A DNA stretch of 64,000 bases from sequence record OR995200.1. One strand, given 5' to 3'. A program made the position numbers and the translations under genes. The notes under the pieces were generated by a model, which did no database searches, had not been told where the DNA came from, and worked only from the letters and a program-made list of their open reading frames with translations. Numbering within the stretch: position 1 is the first letter of the stretch; the number at the start of each line of letters is the position of its first letter. This DNA is from Escherichia phage JY01. This document shows, in pieces, positions 48,278-57,502 of this stretch.

Positions 48278-48446
48278 GGAGTTTAATTTCCTTAGCAACT
48301 GAACTAAATACAGCACGATCACAAATCATACGTTTGTTCCATTTAATCACAGTATAATGAACATCTAAATCATCGACTGCTGTAACAATAACGATATGTC
48401 CGTTAACACGATAGTACTGGTCAATTTTAATCTCTTTATCAACCAT
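48270..48446 (-). CDS. Small hypothetical protein (58 aa, not in ORF track)
   Basis: MVDKEIKIDQYYRVNGHIVIVTAVDDLDVHYTV... GAGGA Shine-Dalgarno. First gene after the promoter at 48475-48507. Confidence 0.4.
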   Translation of the reverse strand: MVDKEIKIDQYYRVNGHIVIVTAVDDLDVHYTVIKWNKRMICDRAVFSSVAKEIKLHG

Positions 48447-48474
48447 ATCAATTCCTCAAAGGTAATTCATATGT

Positions 48475-48507
48475 TAATAATACCACGGTTTGAACTTCTT
48501 GTAAACA
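48475..48507 (-). promoter_or_regulatory. Early promoter
   Basis: GTTTAC, 17 nt, GTGGTATTATTAAC on the minus strand. Confidence 0.5.
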
Positions 48508-48587
48508 ACTTTGTGAAAATTATTTTAGGGAATGATAAGAAGGGAACGATAGCTTAGAATGGTAATATACAGAATGTAAGAAAGAAA

Positions 48588-48602
48588 GGCCCAGAGGGCC
48601 CG
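48588..48602 (-). terminator. Hairpin terminator downstream of nrdH
   Basis: GGGCCC-UCU-GGGCC stem-loop followed by a U-rich tract on the minus strand. Confidence 0.45.
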
Positions 48603-48604
48603 TC

Positions 48605-48928
48605 TTAGTCTTCTATGATATCTCTATCATATCCAAGTGAAATGAGAGTTTCTTTGAAGTGTTTAATGTTCTTTTGTCTAGAATCATTAATGAAAATGAC
48701 TGGATAACGAATGTTAAGAGATGTGAATCCAGCGCGTTTAGCAAGAGATACAATCAGCGGACGATCATACTCAATCTTACCATTATTTGTAAGAACTTTA
48801 TAGAAAGTAAAAGGAGCATTGAGCTCCTTTAGAAGTTTTGTAACTGATTGACATCCAGGACAACGACCAACTTCATCTGGAATTCCGTAGACTTCAATCT
48901 TATTCTTTAAGTTCGAGTTTTGTTCCAC
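48605..48928 (-). CDS. nrdH: Glutaredoxin-like protein NrdH candidate
   Basis: CPGC redox motif (KIEVYGIPDEVGRCPGCQ). The track start is an upstream ATG overlapping the neighbour; likely starts at an in-frame GTG. Start uncertain. Confidence 0.5.
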   Translation of the reverse strand: MEQNSNLKNKIEVYGIPDEVGRCPGCQSVTKLLKELNAPFTFYKVLTNNGKIEYDRPLIVSLAKRAGFTSLNIRYPVIFINDSRQKNIKHFKETLISLGYDRDIIED

Positions 48929-49211
48929 GAGAAATAATTCCTTGGTAAGCCCAATAAGGAGGATTAACAGAATCCTCACCAGAGTTTTCTTCAGGAAAAT
49001 AAACCTGGATAACGAAGCCGGATTCATCAAAGGTGAAATAAGTAGTAGGCAGTTCACCTAACAAATCGGCACGAGCGTTGATTTCTTCGAGGTCTTGTTC
49101 ACGTCCAGCCCAGAAGCTTGGGTTCAGACTACATTCATAGAAATAATAGTCATTACCGAACATATCAAAACCATTCCAACTCTCTACTACATACCGCTCA
49201 AAACTAATCAT
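48900..49211 (-). CDS. Hypothetical protein (103 aa)
   Basis: ORF between nrdG and nrdH. Overlaps the nrdH 5' end. Confidence 0.45.
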   Translation of the reverse strand: MISFERYVVESWNGFDMFGNDYYFYECSLNPSFWAGREQDLEEINARADLLGELPTTYFTFDESGFVIQVYFPEENSGEDSVNPPYWAYQGIISRGTKLELKE

Positions 49212-49213
49212 AA

Positions 49214-49429
49214 TTAAGCCTTTTTATCAAGAACAGCATTCAGCTTGTTAGTAATTTTATCCAGACGCTCATTGAACTCACTAGAAGATAAGCCTTTTTC
49301 TGGAGAAATTAAGCTAATCACGAAAAATACAACAATAAAAGGAATAAGGAAAATAGCTCCAACTGCCATAAACAGAAAGAATGTTACAGTTGTAAGAAAA
49401 TCAGCTAAACCTTTACGAAATTTATACAT
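49214..49429 (-). CDS. Small membrane protein (71 aa)
   Basis: Two predicted transmembrane helices (LTTVTFFLFMAVGAIFLIPFIVVFFVISLI). Confidence 0.45.
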   Translation of the reverse strand: MYKFRKGLADFLTTVTFFLFMAVGAIFLIPFIVVFFVISLISPEKGLSSSEFNERLDKITNKLNAVLDKKA

Positions 49430-49549
49430 ATTTTACCCTTAATTGATTAACCAAGCATTGATAAGCACTAAACTATATTGGGAATAAAATTCTGGACCAA
49501 AATGAAAAATCATATCATTTATAGTATCCATAATATAATATAATTCAAT

Positions 49550-50020
49550 TTAATCATGTTTCCACACCCCATCGGTATTTGACCAAAGTCGCTGATTGTC
49601 TGATCCTCGCCACAGCTTTTTGGTCGGAAGATTTTTCTCATACTTCCCATCAATAATAACATCAACATATTTAAGCATTTCTAGTTGTTTAATATCTTCA
49701 AACTTATATCCTGTCCACAACCAAATGCTTTTATTGGGATAAAGATTTTTTACTGTTTGAACGATGCAATGAATAACATCTCGGTTATCAGGATAGAGAG
49801 GGTCACCTCCGGTTATAGTCAATCCTTCTATATAATCATTATTCAAACATTCAATCAATTGTTCTAGTGTTTCACCAGTGAATGGAATACCATTTCTAGC
49901 ATTCCATGTTGATTTATTATAACACCCTTCGCATTTATGCAAACAACCTGTGACGAAAAGAACGACCCTGCATCCAGGGCCATTCACAAAATCACAGGGA
50001 TAAAATCTATCATAATTCAT
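49550..50020 (-). CDS. nrdG: Anaerobic ribonucleotide reductase activating protein (radical SAM)
   Basis: 156 aa as in T4 NrdG. Cys cluster GCLHKCEGC. Confidence 0.85.
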   Translation of the reverse strand: MNYDRFYPCDFVNGPGCRVVLFVTGCLHKCEGCYNKSTWNARNGIPFTGETLEQLIECLNNDYIEGLTITGGDPLYPDNRDVIHCIVQTVKNLYPNKSIWLWTGYKFEDIKQLEMLKYVDVIIDGKYEKNLPTKKLWRGSDNQRLWSNTDGVWKHD

Positions 50021-51834
50021 TGGTGTTTAACCCTATGCATGATTTCTTTATTTTTACCGAGATTAAATCCGCGTTCGTTCGGATTTCCCAAATAACCACA
50101 TGTTCTTCTTATGGTATTCATCTTTTTAGGATCAGTTTCTCCGCAAATAGAACAAACAAATCCGTTTTCAGTAGGAGTCATTTCATGGGTACTTCCACAT
50201 GTAAAACATTTATCTACTGGCATATTAACACCAAAATAATCTAAATGTTGTGCGGCATAATCCCATACAGCCTCAAGACCTTTTAAGTTATTTTTCATAT
50301 CAGGAAGTTCAACATAAGAAATGTGACCACCTGTCGCAATGAAATGATATGGCGCTTCACGAGAAATCTTTTCAAACGGAGTAACATTTTCTTCTACTGA
50401 AACGTGGAAACTGTTAGTGTACCAGCCTTTATCAGTAACATCCTTTACACTTCCATATTTTTCTGTATCAAGTTTACAGAAGCGATAGCAAAGGTTTTCA
50501 GCAGGAGTAGAATACAAGCTAAAAGCAAATCCAGTTCTTTCAGTCCACTGTTTAAGATGAGCATTCATTTTAGTTAAAATTTCTTGCCCAATATCACGAC
50601 CGACAAGAATATTCAATTCGTGAATACCAATGTATCCTAAAGACACTGAACTTCTACCGTTTTTAAATAACTCAATTATGTCGTCATCAGGTTTAAGACG
50701 AACCCCGAATGCACCTTCTTGGTAAAGAATAGGAGCAACAGTCGCTTTAACTCCTTTTAAGGAACTAATTCTACACATCAAAGCTTCAAAACATAAATCC
50801 ATTCGCTCATTGAACAATTCAGTAAATTTCTGTTCATTGAACTGTGTTCCAATATAAGAATCTAACGCAATACGAGGAAGATTCAGTGTTACAACACCAA
50901 GATTATTACGTCCATCAAGAATTTCATTGCCAGTCGAATCTTTCCATACGCTCAAGAAACTACGGCATCCCATCGGGGAAACAGGAACAGATGAACCAGT
51001 GATAGCTTTATTGTTCTTAGCTGAAATAATATCAGGATACATCCTTTTGCTTGCACACTCTAAAGCAAGCTGCTTAATATCATAGTTCGGATCGTCTTTA
51101 TAAAGATTAACACCTTCTTCAACAAACATAACAAGCTTAGGGAAAATAGGAGTTATCCCATCACGACCAAGACCTTTAATACGATTTTTCAAAATTGCTT
51201 TCTGAATCATTCGTTCAGTCCAGTCAGTTCCTGTACCAAATGTAATTGTTACAAAAGGAGTCTGTCCGTTTGAACTAAAGAGAGTATTTACTTCATATTC
51301 ATAAGCTTGGAATGCATCGTATACGTCTTTTTCTGTTTTAGATTGGGCATAATTCAGTGCATCGGCGATTTGCCATTTTTCTGCGTCTTCGATATGTTTT
51401 GCATAGGTGCGTTTAACATAAGGAGAAAGTACTTTATCTACATTAGCAAAAGTCGTTCCGCCATATTGATGGGAAGCAACTTGCGCAGTAATTTGTGCCA
51501 TAATTGCAGTAGCAACACCGATTGATTTAGGAGTTTCAATCTGCGCATTACCAAGCTTAAATCCGTTCTCAAGCATTCCTTTTAAATCTACTAAACAACA
51601 ATTAGTAAATGGAAGAGCAGGGGAATAATCAATATCATGAAAATGAATAATTCCGCTTTCATGCGCTTTCATAATAAAAGACGGGACCATATTTTTGGCA
51701 ATGTGTTTAGACACAATACCAGCCATAAGGTCCCGTTGAGTTGGAAAAACACGAGAATCTTTATTAGCATTCTCGTTTAAAAGGTCTTTATTAGTTTTAT
51801 GAATCAATCCTTCAATTTCTTTTTCAATTGTCAT
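50017..51834 (-). CDS. nrdD: Anaerobic ribonucleotide reductase, intronless
   Basis: Continuous 605-aa ORF with C-terminal glycyl-radical motif RTCGYLG and a Cys-rich tail. Confidence 0.9.
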   Translation of the reverse strand: MTIEKEIEGLIHKTNKDLLNENANKDSRVFPTQRDLMAGIVSKHIAKNMVPSFIMKAHESGIIHFHDIDYSPALPFTNCCLVDLKGMLENGFKLGNAQIETPKSIGVATAIMAQITAQVASHQYGGTTFANVDKVLSPYVKRTYAKHIEDAEKWQIADALNYAQSKTEKDVYDAFQAYEYEVNTLFSSNGQTPFVTITFGTGTDWTERMIQKAILKNRIKGLGRDGITPIFPKLVMFVEEGVNLYKDDPNYDIKQLALECASKRMYPDIISAKNNKAITGSSVPVSPMGCRSFLSVWKDSTGNEILDGRNNLGVVTLNLPRIALDSYIGTQFNEQKFTELFNERMDLCFEALMCRISSLKGVKATVAPILYQEGAFGVRLKPDDDIIELFKNGRSSVSLGYIGIHELNILVGRDIGQEILTKMNAHLKQWTERTGFAFSLYSTPAENLCYRFCKLDTEKYGSVKDVTDKGWYTNSFHVSVEENVTPFEKISREAPYHFIATGGHISYVELPDMKNNLKGLEAVWDYAAQHLDYFGVNMPVDKCFTCGSTHEMTPTENGFVCSICGETDPKKMNTIRRTCGYLGNPNERGFNLGKNKEIMHRVKHQ

Positions 51835-52304
51835 TTTAAACTCTTTCTAAGCTGCTTCTTAAATGAAGCTATTAATTGTGTTTTAGTGTCAGATTCATTA
51901 TATTCAAATCCTCTTTGAAGCATCTCGGCCATCATTTCCTCTTTTCCTAAACGAGAAAATTCCTTTGATTTATCTCCAACAAAGTTAGGGTGAATATTAT
52001 TTTGGGTGTAATCGGATTTTAAATAAGTAAGTAAATTTTCTAACCATTCAAGATAATCAACACCTTGTCCCTTTAAGCCAGAACGATTAAATTTATGCTT
52101 CATTTGACCTTCTGCGGCATTGCATAGATTACAAAGCAATCCACGTACCTTTCCTGCTTTTGGTCCATTTAATTCATGGTCATGATCAAGATGATTAGCT
52201 TGAACATCAGGATTTAGTTCTCGTTGGCAAATTAAGCATTTACCGTTTTGTGCATTATAAAATTTTTGTTTTTCTTCTTTGTATAATTTGCCAGTCAATA
52301 ACAT
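51831..52304 (-). CDS. 49: Endonuclease VII (Holliday junction resolvase)
   Basis: 157 aa as in T4 gp49. Zinc-binding CLICQ...HLDHDH...CNLC. Confidence 0.85.
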   Translation of the reverse strand: MLLTGKLYKEEKQKFYNAQNGKCLICQRELNPDVQANHLDHDHELNGPKAGKVRGLLCNLCNAAEGQMKHKFNRSGLKGQGVDYLEWLENLLTYLKSDYTQNNIHPNFVGDKSKEFSRLGKEEMMAEMLQRGFEYNESDTKTQLIASFKKQLRKSLK

Positions 52305-52346
52305 AATAAAACCCTTACCTTAAATAGATAAGGGTATTTATTATTT

Positions 52347-52523
52347 TTAAGTATTGTAAAACATTCGATGCAATCGTTTATACTGTCGAATCATCTTTTT
52401 AGTAGGACGAGAATAGGTTCCTACGCAAGTGGTCATATGAGGGTCCGTAGAATGTCCTTTAATAAAAAGTTTCCAAACCTTACCGCCATTTAACTTTTCA
52501 GTATAAACCAATTCGGTTTTCAT
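52347..52523 (-). CDS. Small ORF (58 aa) that is a partial duplicate of the upstream gene's 3' end
   Basis: MKTELVYTEKLNGGKVWKLFIKGHSTDPHMTTCVGTYSRPTKKMIRQYKRLHRMFYNT. The last 14 aa and about 45 nt of DNA repeat the end of the 167-aa gene. Confidence 0.35.
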   Translation of the reverse strand: MKTELVYTEKLNGGKVWKLFIKGHSTDPHMTTCVGTYSRPTKKMIRQYKRLHRMFYNT

Positions 52524-52559
52524 TAAAATGTCCTGTCAGAAAAAGAATTTTGAGTTTTT

Positions 52560-53063
52560 TCAAGTATTGTAAAACATTTGATGCAATCGCTTATATTGCC
52601 GAATCTTTTGGTCAGAAAAAGAAATTTGAGTTTCAAGCCATTCAATGTACTCTGCGGCAGCTTGCATCAGGTTACCTTCATAGCCATCGTTATTTTCTTG
52701 CGCAGCTAATTTAGCTAATGCGTATGAAATACGTTCACCTTGAAAAGCGGCTTTAGGATTCTGAACATCTTGGCTAGTTCTCTCTACAACTTCTTCAATT
52801 TCGCCATTTTCAACGGATTCAGTATTCCACAAACACCAGTATGTAATTGGCTTATCATAGATGTTAATAATCTTTCCGTCGGAAAGTTCAATTTCAATAA
52901 TTCCAGTATCAGGTTCTATATCATCTTCGCATTCTTTTGCAAGTTCACGAACTTTAAAGACAGTACCTGCACTAAGTTCCGGCCAGTAATTACATAGCCC
53001 TGTATCAACACGATTAATTCTAAACCACTTATCTACTGTAATCATGTCCCATCTCCATATCAA
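52560..53063 (-). CDS. Hypothetical protein (167 aa)
   Basis: ORF upstream of gene 49, ending ...KIRQYKRLHQMFYNT. T4 pin lies near here but identity is not established. Confidence 0.45.
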   Translation of the reverse strand: MIWRWDMITVDKWFRINRVDTGLCNYWPELSAGTVFKVRELAKECEDDIEPDTGIIEIELSDGKIINIYDKPITYWCLWNTESVENGEIEEVVERTSQDVQNPKAAFQGERISYALAKLAAQENNDGYEGNLMQAAAEYIEWLETQISFSDQKIRQYKRLHQMFYNT

Positions 53064-53167
53064 TTAAGTCATTTATCGTTGGTTCATTATATACTGTTTC
53101 TTCATCAGTGTAAACCGGTTCTTCCGGCTCTGGCTCTACAGTTTCCCATCTAGCCGCCCACCAAGGT

Positions 53168-53377
53168 TTAACCCCGAAGCTTATTAAGTTCTTCATAATC
53201 AATCCAGGATTCTAATCCTGATGGCAGGTCACATTCAATTTCCCAAAGAAGTTCTTCAATTTTATGAAGACGATCTAATTCTTCAACAGGAATAGTAACC
53301 ATTGATGGAGCTCTTGCTGCACTAATATCGTATATCATATTTACCCCAGTTTGACCATGCAATCGCCGTATTTCCAC
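53168..53377 (-). CDS. Hypothetical protein
   Basis: 69-aa track ORF. An internal ATG (MIYDISAARAPS...) would remove the overlap with the upstream gene. Confidence 0.35.
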   Translation of the reverse strand: MEIRRLHGQTGVNMIYDISAARAPSMVTIPVEELDRLHKIEELLWEIECDLPSGLESWIDYEELNKLRG

Positions 53378-53556
53378 TTAGAAATAGACTTTTCACCATT
53401 AGAATAATAAACTTCGAGTTTAGCACGATTATTTTTAATTTGAATAACCTTGGCTGTCATCAAAGTTCCATACCCATAATAAACTGCAACTTCATCACCT
53501 ACATATACCGCGCTTCCGCGGTAATCATGAATATAGTCAGTTCCTTCGAGCATCAT
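53341..53556 (-). CDS. Hypothetical protein (71 aa)
   Basis: ORF directly downstream of nrdC. Confidence 0.4.
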   Translation of the reverse strand: MMLEGTDYIHDYRGSAVYVGDEVAVYYGYGTLMTAKVIQIKNNRAKLEVYYSNGEKSISKWKYGDCMVKLG

Positions 53557-53816
53557 TTAAAATATTCTCGCAGTTGGTCAAATCCACCAATATGACTTCC
53601 ATCAGGAGCAAATACCTGAGGCATTGTCAAGCCGATTTGAGTATCACGACCTAGTTTAGTCAGAAGCTCAGCGATTTTCTCATCATCAAAAACACCTTTT
53701 TCCGGCATAATGTTGATAAATTCAAACGGCTGTTTCTTCACAGTCAAAAGACGTTTTGCATTATCGCAATACACGCATTTATGAATGTTGCTATCATAAC
53801 CATATACTTTAAACAT
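53553..53816 (-). CDS. nrdC: Thioredoxin/glutaredoxin NrdC
   Basis: 87 aa, MFKVYGYDSNIHKCVYCDNAKRLL..., matches recalled T4 NrdC including the CVYC active site. Confidence 0.8.
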   Translation of the reverse strand: MFKVYGYDSNIHKCVYCDNAKRLLTVKKQPFEFINIMPEKGVFDDEKIAELLTKLGRDTQIGLTMPQVFAPDGSHIGGFDQLREYFK

Positions 53817-53817
53817 A

Positions 53818-54060
53818 TTATTCCTTAATTCCTAGTACTTGTTTAAAAGTCTCGTCGTAATCAAGACTTTGGCCCGTTTGTTCTTTATGTTTGTATATAA
53901 TATCACTTACTTCTGATAGCATATTTTTATATGAACGAGTTAAAGCAGATTTAAGCACGCTGTATCTATCAGGAAATTTACCGTGTTCATTATAATAAGC
54001 TATTGCTAATTCACGGACTGCCTTTTCAGCAGCCTCCATATATTCTTTACGCTTGGTCAT
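53818..54060 (-). CDS. Hypothetical protein (80 aa)
   Basis: ORF tightly packed upstream of nrdC. Confidence 0.45.
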   Translation of the reverse strand: MTKRKEYMEAAEKAVRELAIAYYNEHGKFPDRYSVLKSALTRSYKNMLSEVSDIIYKHKEQTGQSLDYDETFKQVLGIKE

Positions 54061-54062
54061 TT

Positions 54063-54452
54063 TTAATCCAAAATATTATTAGGCATTGGTTGAACACTCA
54101 CAAGTTCTTTAAAGAACTCAGTAGAGTCAGGCAATTTAACCATTTCCGGAGCATGCTTACTGAATTTATGTTTACATTGACGGCATTTATATTCAAGCTC
54201 TGGTTTACGCCAGTTAATCAACTGAACTTGTTCAGTACCGCATTCAGGGCAATTAGGAACGTTTTTAGAAGCTCTTTCACGTCGTTCAACCATAGCCATA
54301 ATAGCATCCCATGCTGGAGGTTTAAAATCTAAATCGTCGCAGCCGTGAATCTTTCCACGCATTTCCATATCATCTTCCTCACCAGCCATAATAATTTTAA
54401 TTAAACTGGAATTACTTGAAGCTGCAATGTCTTCTAATAAACGCTTTTTCAT
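54063..54452 (-). CDS. Zinc-ribbon hypothetical protein (129 aa)
   Basis: C-terminal CPECGTE...CRQCKHKF has four Cys. Confidence 0.45.
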   Translation of the reverse strand: MKKRLLEDIAASSNSSLIKIIMAGEEDDMEMRGKIHGCDDLDFKPPAWDAIMAMVERRERASKNVPNCPECGTEQVQLINWRKPELEYKCRQCKHKFSKHAPEMVKLPDSTEFFKELVSVQPMPNNILD

Positions 54453-55378
54453 TTCAATACCTCAATAGCATTACGTAAACCATTTGCTTTTGCATTAAGA
54501 GCTTTTAACAATTTGGTGTGTTCTGCAATTTGGGCTTCAACTTCAATCAAACGGGCATTGAGATATTCACGTTCTTCACTCAGATTATCAACCTTTTCTA
54601 CTTTAGGCTCTTTTACAACTGTCTTATATGTATTAGGGTTCTTCAGTTTAATTAGAATGCGTGAACTGTATAACATTGAACCATTATCTTCGGTTTCGTC
54701 ATACATTTCCACTACGTCCATAATTTTTAACATCATGCGGAGTTTATAAGACAACGAACGAATAGTTTTGTTGTGCTTATTAATTTCTTTAGCTGTCATG
54801 GTGCCAAGATTACGTGAGTAATAATAAGGAACCTGGATATTAATTAATACTGATGAACCACCTGGCTTGTGTGTTACTTCATCAGCAATAACCCAGTCCT
54901 TAACATGAACTGTATTTGTACGGTCATCGCCCGCGGTAAATAGTTTGCGAGCATGCTTAAAAAGCATATTCACTTGGTCATTGAATTGACAAGCAAATTT
55001 ATCAGCAAATTTAGTTTCAGGAATGGTAGAAAACCAATCAGCCAAATGAGTCTTTTTAACATCATTAACAATAGTAAATTCAACCAAATCGGTTATAGAT
55101 GTCTCAGATTTAATGAAGCTTGGCTTCATAAAGTTTTTAATGTTCTCATGAGCTACAGTAGAAGATAACATACGAGAACGTTTAAACCATTCAAGCAAAT
55201 TTCCTAACGAATGAGAATAAGCATTCTGAGTATCTTTACAGATATGATTTTCCTGCCCAACATATTGAAGAAAATCACGAAGAATATTATTAACTACTGC
55301 TCTGTGCCCTATCTGATAATTACGATGTTTAGTAATAAGACTGTCAAAATAATCAATATAATGTTTACGAGTTTTCAT
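54449..55378 (-). CDS. Coiled-coil-tailed hypothetical protein, paralog 1 of 4
   Basis: 309 aa, starts MKTR. C-terminal about 45 aa is a predicted coiled coil (LSEEREYLNARLIEVEAQIAEHTKLLKALNAKANGL). Confidence 0.5.
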   Translation of the reverse strand: MKTRKHYIDYFDSLITKHRNYQIGHRAVVNNILRDFLQYVGQENHICKDTQNAYSHSLGNLLEWFKRSRMLSSTVAHENIKNFMKPSFIKSETSITDLVEFTIVNDVKKTHLADWFSTIPETKFADKFACQFNDQVNMLFKHARKLFTAGDDRTNTVHVKDWVIADEVTHKPGGSSVLINIQVPYYYSRNLGTMTAKEINKHNKTIRSLSYKLRMMLKIMDVVEMYDETEDNGSMLYSSRILIKLKNPNTYKTVVKEPKVEKVDNLSEEREYLNARLIEVEAQIAEHTKLLKALNAKANGLRNAIEVLK

Positions 55379-55430
55379 ATTCTTCTCACTTGGTTAATGA
55401 TTTATGCTCCAAGCCATCCTTGGCTTTAAA

Positions 55431-56432
55431 TTACTTAATTAACTGTAAAGCTTGTTCAAGACGATCTAGGCGATTAACAGATTCTTCCCAAATCCTTTTA
55501 GCCTGTTCATATTCTTTTTGCGCTTTATTAGAAATTTCTAGAACTTCTTTATAAGCTTTTTCCAGTGCAATAACTTCTGGACGAATTTCTACCGGTTCAG
55601 GTGAATCGTCAAGATTATCCATTAGTTCCTCAAGGGTAGTTTCTTCTTTAGGAGTATTCACAATTTCCTCACATTTTTGTTGGTAAATTTCTTTATCAGT
55701 CGGTGAGTACGCACACTTTACTTCACGAAGGCTAATTATAATTTTATATCCTTCCCAACCGCATATATTCTTAAAAGGATAAGTATGAATATTTTCTACT
55801 GTTTCCATACAAAGTAATGCGGTCTCTAATTGACGAGTTATAGTGCTAGCAATTGAGAAAAATTTATTAATGTTCTTTTGGTTAGTTTCTGGTGTAAAAA
55901 ATCCATAATTCACAAAAATAGCTACTTTATTTTTATCAAGCTCATATTCTTTTACGATAATCATATCAGAAGCTAAAGGATGAATTTGACGATAATCACC
56001 ATAACATAATTTAGAAGCTGATTTTAAAATTTGTCCTTTAAAAAGTCTGAAATTACTAATCCAACGACGAGTAAAAATATTCTCAGGGTCTTCTTTATTA
56101 TTAAGATGATAAGAATTAACATCACCGAACCAATTATATCCTACTACATCTTTGGTTCGTTTAATTTCTTTCCCAAAATTACCAAGAATATCCCGATTAA
56201 CCAAATATGAAAGAAGACGAGACTCTTTAAAGGTTTTCTTGATAACATCTTTATCTACACGGCTAGAAATTTTACGAATTTCATGAATAAATTTAGTAGA
56301 AGAAACAATACTTGCATCAACACTATTGAGCCATTGATTGATAATAGAAAGAACGATATTTTGACCAAACATCGGTATAGCTTTATCATCAATAACGCTA
56401 TTGAATGATTTGATATATTCGTTACGAGTCAT
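55431..56432 (-). CDS. Coiled-coil-tailed hypothetical protein, paralog 2
   Basis: Track ORF trimmed to MTRNEYIKSF... with GAGGAG Shine-Dalgarno (333 aa). Core RRWISNFRLFKGQILKSASKL. C-terminal coiled coil. Confidence 0.5.
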   Translation of the reverse strand: MTRNEYIKSFNSVIDDKAIPMFGQNIVLSIINQWLNSVDASIVSSTKFIHEIRKISSRVDKDVIKKTFKESRLLSYLVNRDILGNFGKEIKRTKDVVGYNWFGDVNSYHLNNKEDPENIFTRRWISNFRLFKGQILKSASKLCYGDYRQIHPLASDMIIVKEYELDKNKVAIFVNYGFFTPETNQKNINKFFSIASTITRQLETALLCMETVENIHTYPFKNICGWEGYKIIISLREVKCAYSPTDKEIYQQKCEEIVNTPKEETTLEELMDNLDDSPEPVEIRPEVIALEKAYKEVLEISNKAQKEYEQAKRIWEESVNRLDRLEQALQLIK

Positions 56433-56459
56433 AATAATCTCCTCAGTAGAAAGTAAGAA

Positions 56460-56491
56460 CATTATACCACATCCTTGTGGCGAAGTAAACT
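56460..56491 (-). promoter_or_regulatory. Early promoter
   Basis: GTTTAC, 17 nt, GTGGTATAATG on the minus strand. Confidence 0.5.
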
Positions 56492-57494
56492 AGTTCAGTG
56501 CATTTAGTGCGTTGTTCAGTTTAGAACGTTGCTTTGTCAGATTTTGAACTCTTGACTGCGCTTGTTCTAGCACCTTTTCAGCTTCTAGCATTTCATTGGT
56601 TGCTTTAACGAGTTCATCATCTACTGCTTTAAGAGACTTCTCAATCGCATCGGCGTGCCATTTTTCTACAGGTTTAAAATTTGAATTTTCAGTAGGAAGA
56701 AAACTCACTTTATTAAGTTTCCATGCATCTGTACTACTTGAACTGTACATCCAACATTTAGGATCGTTGGATGAGCAATTAGTTTGAGGTTCAGGTTTTT
56801 TCTCTTGCGTAACTTCGTCCTTTCTCAAAAAATCGTATTTAAATGAAACGATCATATCAAGTTCATATGTTGTCGTATCTAACTTAAATCGTTCAAAACG
56901 AGGTAAAATCTTAGATTGAACAGCAGAAACAACATCCATATACTTAAATGCTTCTGTCAACTGTGATTTAAGGCATTCACAAATTGAAAGAGAATTTTTT
57001 GTATTAGGTTTAAAGCTAATTCGTGCAGTTCTGTTATTTTCTTTTAATGGTCTTACTTCCATCTGAAGAGTATAACCATCAAATTTCAGATTCTTTAAGT
57101 TAATGTCAGAGCCTTTTAATCGACTAGCTGTGGACAAAATTTGCTTTAATTGTCTACGGAACAGAGCAATAAATCTCCATTCAATACGATAATGATTTGG
57201 ATTGAAAAATCCAGATGATAAATCGACCTTACTTTGACCAACGCCTTGAACAAATAGAGGATTTTTATAATCAATAGTTTTACAGAAATCGGTGAGCTGT
57301 TCACGAGCAGTCATTTGTGTAATATACCCCGCTTTACTAAAATGACGTAACCATTCACTGCTATTCATATATTTAAAGTGAATATCACGATTAACTTTAT
57401 CAGGGTCTAAATTATTTTGGCACAAAAATGTCATAACATCACGAGTATAGCTGGCATTACGAACCATATCTTCAATTTGAGAACGAGTTTTCAT
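56490..57494 (-). CDS. Coiled-coil-tailed hypothetical protein, paralog 3
   Basis: 334 aa, starts MKTR. Core RIEWRFIALFRRQLKQILSTASRLKG. C-terminal coiled coil. Confidence 0.5.
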   Translation of the reverse strand: MKTRSQIEDMVRNASYTRDVMTFLCQNNLDPDKVNRDIHFKYMNSSEWLRHFSKAGYITQMTAREQLTDFCKTIDYKNPLFVQGVGQSKVDLSSGFFNPNHYRIEWRFIALFRRQLKQILSTASRLKGSDINLKNLKFDGYTLQMEVRPLKENNRTARISFKPNTKNSLSICECLKSQLTEAFKYMDVVSAVQSKILPRFERFKLDTTTYELDMIVSFKYDFLRKDEVTQEKKPEPQTNCSSNDPKCWMYSSSSTDAWKLNKVSFLPTENSNFKPVEKWHADAIEKSLKAVDDELVKATNEMLEAEKVLEQAQSRVQNLTKQRSKLNNALNALN

Positions 57495-57502
57495 GGTGTT
57501 CC

